In this document: positions 1-12,160 of the stretch, piece by piece | Layout of the letters: every line of letters begins with the position of its first letter | How positions within the stretch are numbered: position 1 is the stretch's first letter | NCBI RefSeq assembly: GCF_038025025.1 | Contig: NW_027117343.1 | Location: 1,674,001 to 1,738,000, forward strand | Direction of reading: 5' to 3' | Source: Phyllosticta citribraziliensis | Lineage: Eukaryota | DNA length: 64,000 nucleotides | Program-made: the position numbers and the translations under genes | The notes under the pieces: model-generated | Told to the model about the DNA's origin: nothing | The model's input: only the letters and a program-made list of their open reading frames with translations | The model's database searches: none

Positions 1-1789
1 ACTGCGAAAGCCATCGTGGATTTGTCCTGGAATTACATGCTGTATCAGTCCAATTGGGTTATCTTTGGTGGTGCTGTGGCTGTGCATCCGGCAGTTTTCT
101 GCCAGCACACCAACAAGTGGAGTCCGGCCTGGCCTCGTGCAACTGACGATTTCTCGCCATGAATTTCTCGTTTCTTTTTTTGCCGATGCGGATACGCCAT
201 TCTCTTGGCTCGCCCTGAATGACGTTGATTGGTCTATTTGATTGCCGCCTTGTGGCACGCACGCTGGCAGCCGAGGTTTGCAAAGAACGTGCGCGCGTAC
301 CTGACCAGTCGCTGGTCGCCACAAGCTGTCTCCGAGTTTCGAGCCGTTGCCAGGGGGGGAGGCGGATTCTTGTTCTCAGCAGGTCTGCGAGGTGGTCATA
401 TGCGAGGAGGAATGACGAGCGTAGTCGAGGTCGATTGCAAGCTGCATGTTCCCCGCAAAGGGTCGAGGGAGGGACCCGGGCGCAGGGACCACGGCGGTTT
501 GAAACGCAGCGAGGGCAGCGGGTGAGGCGCAGCGGGCGGATGGGAGCCGGCAGCTTGGCGAGGAGGATGGAGGTTGTAGAGCAACAAAGAGCAGAGACGA
601 AGGATCAAAAAAGAGACAAGAAGTCGACTCTAGAAAAGGGTCTGGATCTGAGTGTGGCTCACGCAGTGTGGAGGTGGCAGTGGCTCTTGATTCGAGAAGC
701 CGGTGGGAGGCCCAGGGATGCAGCATGTTTCAACCCGCAGCGACAAGGTTTCAACCGCTTTGCGACTCCTTGGGGCCAAACTTTGTGCTGACCTCGCCGC
801 CAACGACACGTCCCTTTGTGATGGTTGGTGGTGCACGCCGATCCAGATTTCCCTTGCTTCCTGGCTGGCCAGCGACGGCGAGGGTGAGGTCATGGCCCGG
901 CGAGCTGGCGCCGGTGGCATGCCTCGCATGCCCTTTTCTGAACGAGCGGAGGTGGACTGTGTGCTGTGGGTAGTGGGTAGGGTAGGGTAGCTGTGGGTGA
1001 GGTGCCGATCAAGCGTGTCGCAAGGCCGACGATGCTGAGACTGGAGGACTGGCGGACTGGCGGACTGGCGGACCTGGAGGGACAGGTGAGTGTTGAACAA
1101 GAGCGACGAGAACAGGAATTGACGGTTGACAGACACAGTGCATGGGCCTGGACCTGATGGCGTTTTTGAGTGGATGGCTTGTGGTGATGATGTCGGTGGT
1201 CGAGGCAGACCGGACGGTCCGGTGCACTGGTCGGCCGGTACAACGCCCGGCCGCCGGCTCTACAGCGTAAGGTACGTACCTTAGCAACTTGACGACTCTG
1301 GTTCTCTCTTCTTCTTCTTCTTCCTCCTCCTCCGCTTCTTCCACACACCACTCACCCGCCCTCTCACCAAGCTTCATGCGACACGGCCCCTCTCGCAGTA
1401 CTTGGTGTACGTCGTGCCCCTACTGCGCGTCTGCTCTCCGTCTCCCTGCTGACCTGCAGGCGCGACGCCACGACAGGACCTGGACTCCAAAGCACATGAA
1501 CCGTACATGAAGCTTCAAGAAGGAACGCTGCCACTGTTTCTCCTCCGGCAGTTGCAAAAGACGCCCTACGACTGCTCTTCTCCAGTGACGACAGCCACCA
1601 CCGTGGTGGGGTCGCCCTCTCCTCTCAACAAGGAAATCACCGCACCCACGCACCCACGCACCCACGCACCCTTCAACGCTCACCCTCGATTGAATTCCAA
1701 GAGCGCGGCATCCTGCTACCTCTCCTCCGTCGCCGCTTCCGCCCCTCAGATCCTAAAATCTAAATTTCCTACGTCCTAGAGCCGCCACC

Positions 1790-4700
1790 ATGTCACTCGC
1801 CGCGTCCTTCAAGCAGCCCGGGGATGGAGGCGCAGGCACAACCTGGAAACGGGCAGATGTCAACATCAGCGACGCCTGGAATTCCGCTGCAGGCACCGCG
1901 CAAGAAGATGAGGGCATGTCTCTAGCACAGCTTACCGCTTCTTGCGCAGTCGGTCTTGTGGCTCTGGGCTTTTGCCTTTTCGTATTCACCATCTTGCGTA
2001 CCAACATCCGTCGCATCTAGTGAGTTCTTTCCAACCATATCACGCCTGCCATGTGCTGACCACGCCTCCAGCGCACCAGCATCCAGTCTAGTGCCTGAGA
2101 GACAACGAATGGAACCCCCTAGGAGCGGGCTGTTCACGTGGATCAAGCCCGTCATCGAAACCAGGAGAAATGTGTTCATCCAAAGAGCCGGCTTGGACGC
2201 CTATTGTTTTGTCCGCTTCTTTTTCATGCAGCTCAAATTATTCCTCCCTCTGGCGTGCGTCGTCACACCAATTGTCGTTTCTCTCAACTCGGTCGGCGTG
2301 GCCGATAAGTCCGAAGGGGGCCTCGACAGATTTGCCTGGGGCAATCTGGACGCCAAGCACACCAACAGGTACTCTGGTCACCTCGTCATGGCCATTGTCG
2401 TCATCGTATGGTTCTGCTACGTCATCTATAACGAACTCATTTACTACATCGAGGTCCGCCAGAAATGGATGACGTCGCCGTCACATCGCATCCGAGCCTC
2501 TGCTACTACCGTCCTGGTCGAAAACATTCCCGAAAAGTGGTGCCACGTCAAAGCACTCGACGAGCTTTTCGACGTCTTTCCCGGCGGCATCCGCAATATT
2601 TGGGTCAACCGTGACTTTGGGGACTTGCTGGACAAGAAGAGAAAGCAACTCGAGCTCACCAGGAGGCTCGAGAACGCGGAGACGGCCCTCGTTCGAGCTT
2701 GTCATGAAAAGGCTTGGGACATGCGCAAGGATGCGCTGAAGAATCCTAAGCTTAAACAGGCGACACGCAAGGAAAGAATAGCGATGGTCCGGAAGGACGA
2801 AATGGAGCTAAACGCACTTGCCGTCGAAATGATGAACAGGCCGGGCCACTCTACCGGCAACCCCCAGAACCCAACCAATTTCGTCGACCAACTGAAAGCC
2901 AAAAGAGAACAGATGCAGGTGTCGGATTCCACTGCCAAGAAACTTATCGGCGGTGGTCTTGGTGCGGTGAATTGGGGAATTGGGGCAGTTGGCAAAGTTG
3001 GCCACGGCGTTACAAAGTTTGGGCAGAACACTCTCGGTCAAGTTACGGGAGCAGCCAGTCGTCTCAAAGGTCCCCGGCCCATAGATCTCAAAGACGATCC
3101 CATCCGCCAAATCCCCGAACAACACCTTCCCCAGACTCACGACGGAGCCCACGATTCTGATGGAGAACCTCGCATCGATCCTGACCACATTCACCACGAC
3201 CACCAACACGCCCAGTCCAATTTCCGCGCCTCCAGAGCCGCCACGGCAATAGAATCTGATCTCGAGCACGCAACTCTCAACTTGGCTGCCAGCAGCGACC
3301 GTCTCCACCATGGTCCTGATACTGCGCATGGCCACCAAGCAGATGTCCAGCCAGATTCGAATGAGACTGAGCCTGACGTGAGACATACCCTCACGCATCG
3401 CCACAGCGACTACCTTCACAAGTCCGGAACACCTCCAGTTCATGACGACCCGTCAGCTGCAAGTGTCCTCCAACAAAGGTGGTCGAGCCAGCAACATCAC
3501 TTGTATGATGCTACCCGAGGCCACACTTCGCCAGTGCCCGGCTCTGAGGTCCCCCAGTCTGCGGCTTTGAACCTGCCAAAATACCCTCAGCGCAACACAA
3601 TCGCTGAGTTGGAACAGAACAAACATAAACAGGATGGCCACCACCTGAATCCGCGGCGTCTGTTTCGGAAGCACAGCTCTTTCCCGAGCCCGGAGCCCTC
3701 TCACCTTCAGGATGATGAGTATCCAATCACGCGAGCCAGCCCACAACCCGACTTTTCTCCCTCCTCGGCTACTACCAGCGACATGAGACACACGCACAGA
3801 GTGGAAGCGGCGCCCACCACAGAAGCAGTCGAAAATGTTGATGACATGGCTGAGAAGCAAGAAATCAGCAAGAAGACCAAGGACAAGTACGCGAAAATGC
3901 CAAAGATCATCAACTGGGAAGTCTACGATGCAAAGCTCAAAGAAGAATTCGAAAACGCCGCATGGACCAAATACAAGCGGCCCAAGGATAGAGAGACGAT
4001 GCGCATCTCTCTCTTCCCCAGGTCCATCATTTGGTGGAAGATATGGCCTACGTGGTGGCCTTCCTTTGGCAAAAAGGTCGACGTCATTCTCTACTGCCGA
4101 CTGCAGCTCCTTGAGCTCAACAAGGAGATTGCCGCGGACGAGGCTCATCTTGACAAATTTCCCCTGATGAACTCGGCCTTTATCCAATTCAACCACCAGG
4201 CAGCCGCCCACATGGCTTGCCAAAGCATTACCCACCACAAGCCCAAAAACATGGGCCCCAGAATCATCGAAATGGACCCAAAGAACGTCATTTGGGACAA
4301 CCTGTCCATCACTTGGTGGAACAAGTACATACGCACAGCCTCCGTCATTGCCATCATCCTTGGAATCATCATAACTTGGGCCATTCCCATGGCTTTTGTC
4401 GGTCTCTTGTCTCAGCTCGACACGATTTCGACCAGGTTGACCTGGTTGCACTGGGTTGCCAATCTGCCCAGATGGCTCAAGTCGGTCATCCAGGGTGTTT
4501 TGCCACCCGCTCTTCAGGCCGTTCTCCTTTTGCTCCTGCCAGACATTTTTCGACTTTTGGTAGAATTCACGGGCGTGCCTACTCGCATGCAAGTGGAGCT
4601 TGACCTGCAAGCGTACTGGTTCATCTTCCTCTTCGTGCAGGTCTTCTTGGTCGTCACGCTCTCGTCTGGCTTGACCAACGTCATTCAGCAGATTGCAAAC

Positions 4701-6407
4701 TCGCCTTTGAGCGTCCCGCAGATTCTGGCTCAGAACTTGCCCAAGGGTTCCAACTACTTTTACTCGTACATGATTCTACAGGCTCTGACGAGCAGCTCCA
4801 TGTCACTGTCGCAGATTGCCGCGCTATTCCAGTGGTTCGTCCTGCGCAGAGCTTTCGACAGCACTGCGCGACAAAAGTTCGAAAGGTCAAAAAAGCTCCC
4901 AGCCATTTCGTGGGGTGTGGCTTTTGCGCTTCACACAAACTTCACCGTCATCGTCCTCGTTTACTCCATCATCGCTCCGTTGATGCTGGTCTTTGGGTGC
5001 ATCGTCTCATCGCTCTACCTGCTCGTGCAGAGGTACAATTGCTTATACGTCAACCGCTGGAGGACAGACAGTGGCGGCCTATTCTTTCCCCGCGCAGTCA
5101 ACCAGACCTTTACGGGCATTTACGTCATGGTTCTCGTTCTCATCGGACTCTTTTTCCTCGTCCGTGACGAACAAGGCGATGTGGTGTGCATTCCTCACGC
5201 CATTGTCATGATTGTGGTGGGCGTGGGGGTCATCATCTACCAGTACATGCTCAACAAGTCGCTGGGTCCCTTGTTCACCTACGTCCCAATCACAATGGAG
5301 GATGACGCCCAGGCACGCCAGGATGCGTACGAACAGATGCTCGAGACCAGATTCATGGATGCTCTAAACCCACAACGCTCCGCCGAGGATGTCGCGGCAA
5401 TGCAGCCTGGGTCAACTTCGCCCTCTCACATGCTTCCGGATCCCTACTCCAGCGAGCCTCTTGTGAGGCTTGGGGAGCAGCCTCACGTTCCTGGCTCCCA
5501 TTACACCGCCAATCAAGCAGATGGTCAACAAGAGCAAAGCCCATCCACTGAGATGTGGCCTCCTCGCCAGTCATCCAGGTCTCAGGGTCCAGGAGAGATG
5601 CAGCAGGACTCTCGGTCACCGGCTTCGCCAAACGAACCCGCTACAGAAAGCGCCACAGCGGGCAATCCGCATTACAACACGCCATCCCACGACGGCGCAA
5701 CCCAACCCCAAAAGGCTCCATTCGATGGCAATGCAGAATCACAAATAAAGTCTCCTGAGACGTACATGTCTTCAGAGGAGAGTGGCAACTCGGACAGTTC
5801 CAGACACGCTCACGCCGAGAGACTGACGCAACGCCTTGCTGCCCTTCCAGAAGGACCTCGAGCTCCGCTAGATGTTTCCAAAATTTCGCCTACGACTACA
5901 GGCTCGTCGGATAGCGGTCCAGCGCTGCAAAAGTCAAAGGCAAAAGGAGGCGCCGAGGAGAAGGACATTGAACTCTCCGAGTACAAAAAGCTGACCAAAG
6001 CCCAGATGGCTCAAAATCTTGTGCTCCACGGCGGTCAACATGCCCCAGAATTTGAAGAGACGGACCCCGAGGGAACATCGGGCTCGAAGAGTGAATTTTT
6101 GTTTGAAGGATACCATGATGAATTGGAAGACCTGACGCCTGCCGAGCGCGACCTCTTGGTCCAGCGCGCCTTTCATCACGAGGCTTTGCGGATGATGAAG
6201 CCGGCCGTGTGGATCCCCCAAGACATTGCAAAGGTTGCAGAGGACGAAGTCAGGCGGTCGGAGGCCCTCTGTCACGAACTTGGCATCCCACGCGACCAAA
6301 ACCTCTGGGTCACGACCGAATACTCGTCGGTGGATGCAAAGGCCAAGGTGAACTTTACCCGTCCACCTCCGGATTTCAACTCGGCTGAAGAGTTTATGCA
6401 ACTCTGA
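1790..6407 (+). CDS. CSC1/OSCA/TMEM63 (DUF221) calcium-permeable stress-gated cation channel, ~1521 aa; exons 1790-2019, 2072-6407
   Basis: ATG sits in a GCCGCCACCATG context. Intron 2020-2071 (GTGAGT..GCTGAC..CAG) joins RRIY/APASSLVPERQR. Family motifs: GLDAYCFVRF, TTVLVENIP, NSAFIQF, PKNVIWDNL, LAQNLPKGSNYFYSY, SGGLFFPRAVNQ and C-terminal AFHHEALR..P.VWIPQD, plus multiple TM segments. Confidence 0.93.
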
Positions 6408-6932
6408 TTGCTGTTGTACGATACACATGTCTCTCCTTTTTGTTGCACTTGCTCAGATACCCTGGCAATTGGTTGCCGCTCTCTTGAATAGCATTGGCGC
6501 ATAGGTCATCGGGGGAGACGAGGTTCATTGGTGGTGTTTGTGACGCGAGGGTAGAAATAGACAGACAAGAAATCTTTCCAATCCTCATCACTGCGTCTAA
6601 ATGTCCCAGTGACTGGCGCAGTTGAAATGCTCACCGCCTCCAGGCAGAATGCAGGCAACGACAAGCATCGTGTCACGGTCGTGTAGATCCACATGCGACC
6701 TCCACAATACGCACAGGCCATGAGCTTGACGAGTAGTAGAAAAACCCCTGGCACGTCCTCGATTGCGCCTCAACACCTGTACGGATGCCGTTGATACGAT
6801 CACCCTTCATCAGCGCGAAGAATAATAGAATTATCGGGCTCAAGACACTGCCCGATCCCAACGGCCTGCACCAGAAAAGAAGCAAACCTGCTATCGCTGT
6901 CAACTTCCACATTGCAAAACCTCAATGACGGC

Positions 6933-9900
6933 ATGGACTCGGACCTCTGCGAAACGCTGGCCGACATACAGGCCAGCTGCAAGCACGACATTGTGGACCA
7001 AATGATCCAGGTGCAAAACCACTACCAACTCAGCGACCTCAAGTCGGTGGAATGGGCGCGGAACCTGAGCTGCCTGCGGCGGCTGTCACGCAAGCGGCGG
7101 CGCGGAGCCTACGAGGAGGAAGACGGAGGCGAGTGGTTTTCGACGACGCTGGGCCGTGGCTCGACCAACGGCCACTCCGACTACGTCGCCGTGTCGTACC
7201 CCTGGAAACCGGCCGTGGCGACGGCGCTGTGCGACACGGCGACGGGCCGCACGACCGCGTCGACCAACTGCGACAGTGCCAGAGCGGGCGGCTGGAAGAT
7301 TCAGACGCTGGGGAACCCGCGAGCGCTCGAGCGCAGCAAGGTGCGTGATGGCGTGCTGAGCCGCGCCGTTGCGTACGCCGAATCGCACGGCACTGAGCTC
7401 GTCTGGATTGACCGCGAGTGCGTGCCGCAGGACGAGGAGGAGCGGCCGCACTTGCACGAGACGGCCATGCAGAGCATGGATCTGGTGTACCGGTGGGCCA
7501 AGCATCCACTGGCGCTCATATTCGAGGGCGTGTGGAGTCAGGACGAGGTGGATCTTCTCGAGAAGCTGCTCAGGGGCCAGATTGTCGAGGTCTCGTCGTT
7601 CGACGGCGACTACACGGCGCCGCCTTCTGACGGCGAGAAGAAGGGGGACGATGAAGAGGTCGACCCGTTGACAGACTATCCCCGCTTCCACGCCGACACT
7701 GATCAGTCGCTCATTACACAAGTCCTCTTGCTGCTCACGCGCCTGACGTCGGACCCATGGTTCTCGCGTGCGTGGATCTTTCAGGAGAACTATTGCGCCG
7801 GAGCAAAGATGCGCCTCCTGATTCCGCACGCGCGCAACATTTCCAAAGCTCACGCCGTGGATCTGTTTGGCTCCATTCCCCACGAGCTCAACATTCGCAG
7901 CATCGCCTTCTTCAACGCCGCTACCAAGTTCTGCCTCGCGTACCTGGCCGACGCGCGCTACGCGCACTCGACCGCCGGCGCTGCAGCCTGCGAGGCCATC
8001 ATCCACCGCGCCGGACGCTACAACCTGCTGCACCGCTACGGCTTCGTGTCGTCGACGGGCTCGACGTCGCCAACCGAGATCCGCGTGCAGGCCGAGGCCG
8101 AGAAGCATAGGCGGCGCCGCCATCACCGGAGTCACAAAAGCGGCATGAAGACGGCCTCGTCGCGCCCCTTTTCGCGTGCCATGAGCACCACCATCTTTGC
8201 CGACCTGGCTGCTCGCCGGATTACGCAGCCGCACGACATTCTCGCCATCGCGGCAAACTGCTGCGCCTACGACGTGCGCCTCGACACCAAGGCGCTGCGC
8301 AGCGCGGGTACCGTGGCGAAGGCGGCCGAGACGCTGGCTGAGCTCTCAGGAGACGCGGAGAAGGATGGGAGAAGGAGGAAGAAGAGTATTGACAGTGTGT
8401 ATGAGAGTCTCAGCGCGGCGGTGCTCGCGCTCTGGTTTCTCAATGGTGAGGTCTTCAAGAACATGCTGCCTCCGCCGCCTGAACCGCTGCTGCCGGCGCA
8501 GTATCCAGACATGACAATTTCGCCGGACGAAGGCCAAGGGGGAAAGGAAAAGGGAAAGGGAGATTGCAGTGAGGGCAGGATGAAAAGCCCTCCAAAGGAT
8601 GACGACGAGCCTAAGAACAACGACTTCGACACGTCCGACGCGCCCCTCTCTCTCACACTCTCGACAACGCTCTCCCCTGTCTCCGCCCCAGGCCCTACCA
8701 CTACCACGATCCCACCCATCACGCCACCTCCAGCCCAGGGCACAGCGCTCTCCTTTCTCTCCACGACCGCCCTCGACTCCTTCATTCCGCCGCCCCCGTC
8801 GTCCAACGCTTTCCGCGCTGGCCCTCTCACGTTCCTCAAATCCTGCCGCTTCCGCGACGTGCAACTCTGCCACGCAGGCGTCGGGACACGCGGCCACATG
8901 TGGGTGCTAGACGAGCGTATCGCAAGCCGCGAATGGAACGGACCTGTCGCGCGACGCAACGCGGGCGGCAAATGGTGGCGCAGGCGCAAAAGCAGAGTTG
9001 ATCCGCTGGCGCTGCTGGCAGAGGAGTTGCGCACCAGGGGCAATTCAGCAGAGGGAGAGGGAGGGGGGAGGTACAGGTGGTTGGCGGCCAGACTGGACAC
9101 CATGGTCGCAGTGCGCGTGGAGGAGCGGCAGAAGCGTGAGGACAAGCGCGACAGGAGGCGCCGCGCGAAGCAGATGGGCGTCAGTGTGCGCGTTGTCGGG
9201 CTCAGAGGTACGACCGCTAAGAAGAGCACTGCTGCTTCTTCTCCTGTCACAACATCAGCAACAAAAGGACCCAGAGCCAAAAACTGGACCAAACCGAGGC
9301 TGGATGAAGCAGCGTTGAATTGTCTGCGCGAATCGGTTACCACGTTTGATCGCTGCATGGCGGATGCTGTGGCGGAGGCAATACGCGATGGCCGAGACTT
9401 GATTCTTGCGCGTCTGTGGGACGGCGCTGAGGATCCGAGTGCTGAGAAAGATGATGACGAGGTCGAAGAGCGTGGGCATAGTCTGATGGGCAAGAAGATC
9501 TATCGCGGCGTCTTTGTCTGGGATGAGTCGCCGCAGGGCGAGGACGTTGCTGGACCTGCAACAAGCGATGAGAGCAGTGGTGGTGAAGAGGCAAAGGTTG
9601 CGGGTGGAAGTGGTGGCGAAGGGCCGACAGAAGCGAAGGAGAACAGCACCGATGCAAACGCAAAAAAGGAGAAAGATCGAGAAGAGGCGGCAGAAGACTG
9701 GTCAGATATCCTGGATTCTGACTCCGACTCCGAATCAGACTCGGACACGCCCCCATCAACATCAACAAACGCCAAACACCGCCTCCCCTCGCGCACCAAA
9801 CCACAGCACACCAACGACAAAGCTACCGAAACACACTCATCATTACCGTCTCCCTCAAGCTCAGACTCAGACTCAAGCAAAACCATCAACAAAGACGACG

Positions 9901-10910
9901 AGGCACAAAGGCATCAACAACCCACCGCGCCATTCAAGCCCACCCTCGTATTCACGAGCCACACGCCTCACAACACACGCTACCGCTTCGACCGGCGCGC
10001 CGCGCTCGAAGAGAGCCGCATCGACAAGTTTGTCTCGCTCGAAGTGGCGCTCGACTGCGCGTGTCCTCCACCATCTTCCTCTTCCCCTTCCGTTGAAGAA
10101 AAGTCCAAAGAGAGGGATTGCAACCGCAAGAGTCCAGATGAGCGCGAGAGTGGGGCGCAGGCGGTGAATGCGCCTCCTGTTCTTCGCACGAAGCGCTGGA
10201 TCAATGGACTTGGCTTTTTGCCGTCGGCGCAGGCTTTTGGTCGGCAGAGGGACATTGCCACGGCTATGGGAGTGACACACAAGAAGAGTGCTAGCGCTGT
10301 TGCTGCGGAGGCGACGGGAAAGTCGAAAAAGGGGTCGAAGGCGAAGGCGAAAGTGAAAGGGAAGATGATTACGAAGGCCAAACCAAAGCCAAAGGCAAAG
10401 GCCATTGTGGCGCAGTTTCGTAGCAGCGATAGCAGCAGCAGGATGTGGACGCGTGCGCGCATGCGATTGAGGGCGAGTGGCGGTGACCTGACAGATGGGC
10501 ATGGCGGCGAAGTGTTAGACGTGGATGAGGATGAGGGGATCAAGAGAAAGAGCAAGAGTAAGAATGATGCGGGAGAGGACAGTGATGAGTCGTGGGAAGA
10601 AGATGATGACTTGCCATCGTCGTCGTCGTCGTCATCGTCATCTTCTGAGAATGAAGAAGACCGGGAAGAAGGGAAGAAACACAGCACAGCCCCGGCTTCG
10701 AGGAAGTCGAGACGCGGTCTCAGTGGTAAAGTGACAAGACAAAAGCTTATTGTCGGAGATAGTAACGAGGGACGGGGCGCGGATGAAGTAGACCGAGAAG
10801 ATGGAGAAGGAGAGAGACAGGAGGAGGATGAGGGCGAGCACGATTTTGATTGCGCAACGGGTGAGCGCCGCGTGGTATTTGCGTGGCCGGAGGGGATGGT
10901 GAGGAGGTAG
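6933..10910 (+). CDS. HET (heterokaryon incompatibility) domain protein with long low-complexity C-terminal extension, ~1325 aa
   Basis: Intronless ORF with first in-frame ATG at 6933. HET motifs YVAVSYPW, VWIDRECVPQD, AMQSMDLVY and WFSRAWIFQE. Start position is uncertain. Confidence 0.85.
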   Translation: MDSDLCETLADIQASCKHDIVDQMIQVQNHYQLSDLKSVEWARNLSCLRRLSRKRRRGAYEEEDGGEWFSTTLGRGSTNGHSDYVAVSYPWKPAVATALCDTATGRTTASTNCDSARAGGWKIQTLGNPRALERSKVRDGVLSRAVAYAESHGTELVWIDRECVPQDEEERPHLHETAMQSMDLVYRWAKHPLALIFEGVWSQDEVDLLEKLLRGQIVEVSSFDGDYTAPPSDGEKKGDDEEVDPLTDYPRFHADTDQSLITQVLLLLTRLTSDPWFSRAWIFQENYCAGAKMRLLIPHARNISKAHAVDLFGSIPHELNIRSIAFFNAATKFCLAYLADARYAHSTAGAAACEAIIHRAGRYNLLHRYGFVSSTGSTSPTEIRVQAEAEKHRRRRHHRSHKSGMKTASSRPFSRAMSTTIFADLAARRITQPHDILAIAANCCAYDVRLDTKALRSAGTVAKAAETLAELSGDAEKDGRRRKKSIDSVYESLSAAVLALWFLNGEVFKNMLPPPPEPLLPAQYPDMTISPDEGQGGKEKGKGDCSEGRMKSPPKDDDEPKNNDFDTSDAPLSLTLSTTLSPVSAPGPTTTTIPPITPPPAQGTALSFLSTTALDSFIPPPPSSNAFRAGPLTFLKSCRFRDVQLCHAGVGTRGHMWVLDERIASREWNGPVARRNAGGKWWRRRKSRVDPLALLAEELRTRGNSAEGEGGGRYRWLAARLDTMVAVRVEERQKREDKRDRRRRAKQMGVSVRVVGLRGTTAKKSTAASSPVTTSATKGPRAKNWTKPRLDEAALNCLRESVTTFDRCMADAVAEAIRDGRDLILARLWDGAEDPSAEKDDDEVEERGHSLMGKKIYRGVFVWDESPQGEDVAGPATSDESSGGEEAKVAGGSGGEGPTEAKENSTDANAKKEKDREEAAEDWSDILDSDSDSESDSDTPPSTSTNAKHRLPSRTKPQHTNDKATETHSSLPSPSSSDSDSSKTINKDDEAQRHQQPTAPFKPTLVFTSHTPHNTRYRFDRRAALEESRIDKFVSLEVALDCACPPPSSSSPSVEEKSKERDCNRKSPDERESGAQAVNAPPVLRTKRWINGLGFLPSAQAFGRQRDIATAMGVTHKKSASAVAAEATGKSKKGSKAKAKVKGKMITKAKPKPKAKAIVAQFRSSDSSSRMWTRARMRLRASGGDLTDGHGGEVLDVDEDEGIKRKSKSKNDAGEDSDESWEEDDDLPSSSSSSSSSSENEEDREEGKKHSTAPASRKSRRGLSGKVTRQKLIVGDSNEGRGADEVDREDGEGERQEEDEGEHDFDCATGERRVVFAWPEGMVRR

Positions 10911-11410
10911 ATAGACCAACAAAAATAGATACCAGTGAACTACCACCTCGTAGCCGCATAGTGGGTTATTGACCATGTTGTACTTTGATACAGGTAGAAG
11001 CACAGGGTGTTGAAAATGGAAGAAAATCACTTGACCACACCATCACTTGCAGGAACACAGGTACAAAGACTGTTTGCCAAAAAAAGCGAAACAATTATGT
11101 TTTGATAAAGTATTTCATTTCCAGCACTTTCTCTGCCCCGCTAGCTATGTACCTATATCTGCTGCGCAAATGAGCGTGTTTCCAGACTCTTTCTTCGCCC
11201 AACAATCCGCCAAATCTCAAAGATCAAGAGGGCGCTGCACCCAGCGCATGTGTGGCTACAGCGCACGAAGAATAGAAGACAGTCCCCAACACCCGGCGAA
11301 TCCCCCACTTCCAGCTGCCTTTCACGTCCCGCTGCAGTTCACACTCTGCCGTCGCGCCTCGGCTGCAGGAGGCTTGCCAACATAGCAGTACTGCGACGAC
11401 GGGACCGAAT

Positions 11411-12034
11411 TTACCAGCCGGTCTTGGTGGCGCACTTGCTCTCGGTCTTGACGTACGACGTGGTGTACGGCTTATACTCAGTGACGGGGCAGAGGCTGGC
11501 CGAGTAGGTAGTCAAGACGGTGGTGTAGGGCTTGGTGATGACCGTGTTGGACGTCTTGTGGCCGACGCTGGCGGAAGTCTCGCTCTTGACGCCCGTAACG
11601 ACCTTGGACGACGTGAAGACCTCGGTGTAGGTCGTCGTGATGACCTTGCTCTTGGTGGCCGTCTCGACGATGGGCTTGGTGATGGTGTACGGCTTGGTCA
11701 CGACTACTTCGGTCGTGTAGGGGATCGTGACGACCGATGTCTCGCTGTTGACGCCCGTCTTCGTGATGACTTGCGGCACCGTCTTGGTCTCGGTCACGAC
11801 GATGCTGGATTTGCCCGTCGAGTAGATGGTCTTGACTTCGTTGGTGCACGACGTCTTTGGGGCAGGGTAGGTCTGCGGGGGAGGCGGAGCATAGCTGGGA
11901 GAAGACTCCGACTTGGGCTGGCCTGGAGCGGCGACGACCATGGAGCTGAATCGAGTCAGTGTGGAGGGACCAGTCGGTTGAGGGCCGAGTAAAACTCACG
12001 TCGAGGCCAGGAGAGCAACGAGAGCGAGCTTCAT
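11411..12034 (-). CDS. Small secreted Thr/Val-rich repeat protein (putative cell-wall/surface protein), ~189 aa; exons 12034-12000, 11945-11411
   Basis: Intron 11999-11946 (GTGAGT..CTGAC..CAG) creates the signal peptide MKLALVALLASTSMVVAA. Strong C/G-ending codon bias and internal KPYT and TGVxSETS repeats. An alternative in-frame ATG lies at 12046. Confidence 0.85.
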
Positions 12035-12152
12035 GTTGGAAAGCATTTTTGCGGCTGGTTGAGCTAACGATGGAATTTGCAGGGCTTGGTACTGAGCGAA
12101 GGCGATGAAGTGTTTGCTGGTGAAGATCAGAATCCCCTATGGACAAAGAGTC

Positions 12153-12160
12153 CTTTTATA
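12153..12160 (-). promoter_or_regulatory. Putative TATA box of the secreted protein gene
   Basis: TATAAAAG on the minus strand ~120 nt upstream of the ATG at 12034. Confidence 0.5.

Noticed and set aside
960..1080. (GGGTA)n and (GGACTGGC)n short repeats; also (CACCCACG)3 at ~1643
   Set aside because: Ordinary intergenic micro/minisatellites with no supportable function.
1956..2071. ORF-track N-terminus MWLWAFAF.. of the channel
   Set aside because: Reads through an intron; the better-supported start is 1790 with splicing at 2020-2071.
7086..10687. Long antisense ORFs (382, 408, 235 aa) opposite the HET gene, and similar ones opposite other genes
   Set aside because: Shadow ORFs from GC-rich codon bias; no domain features.
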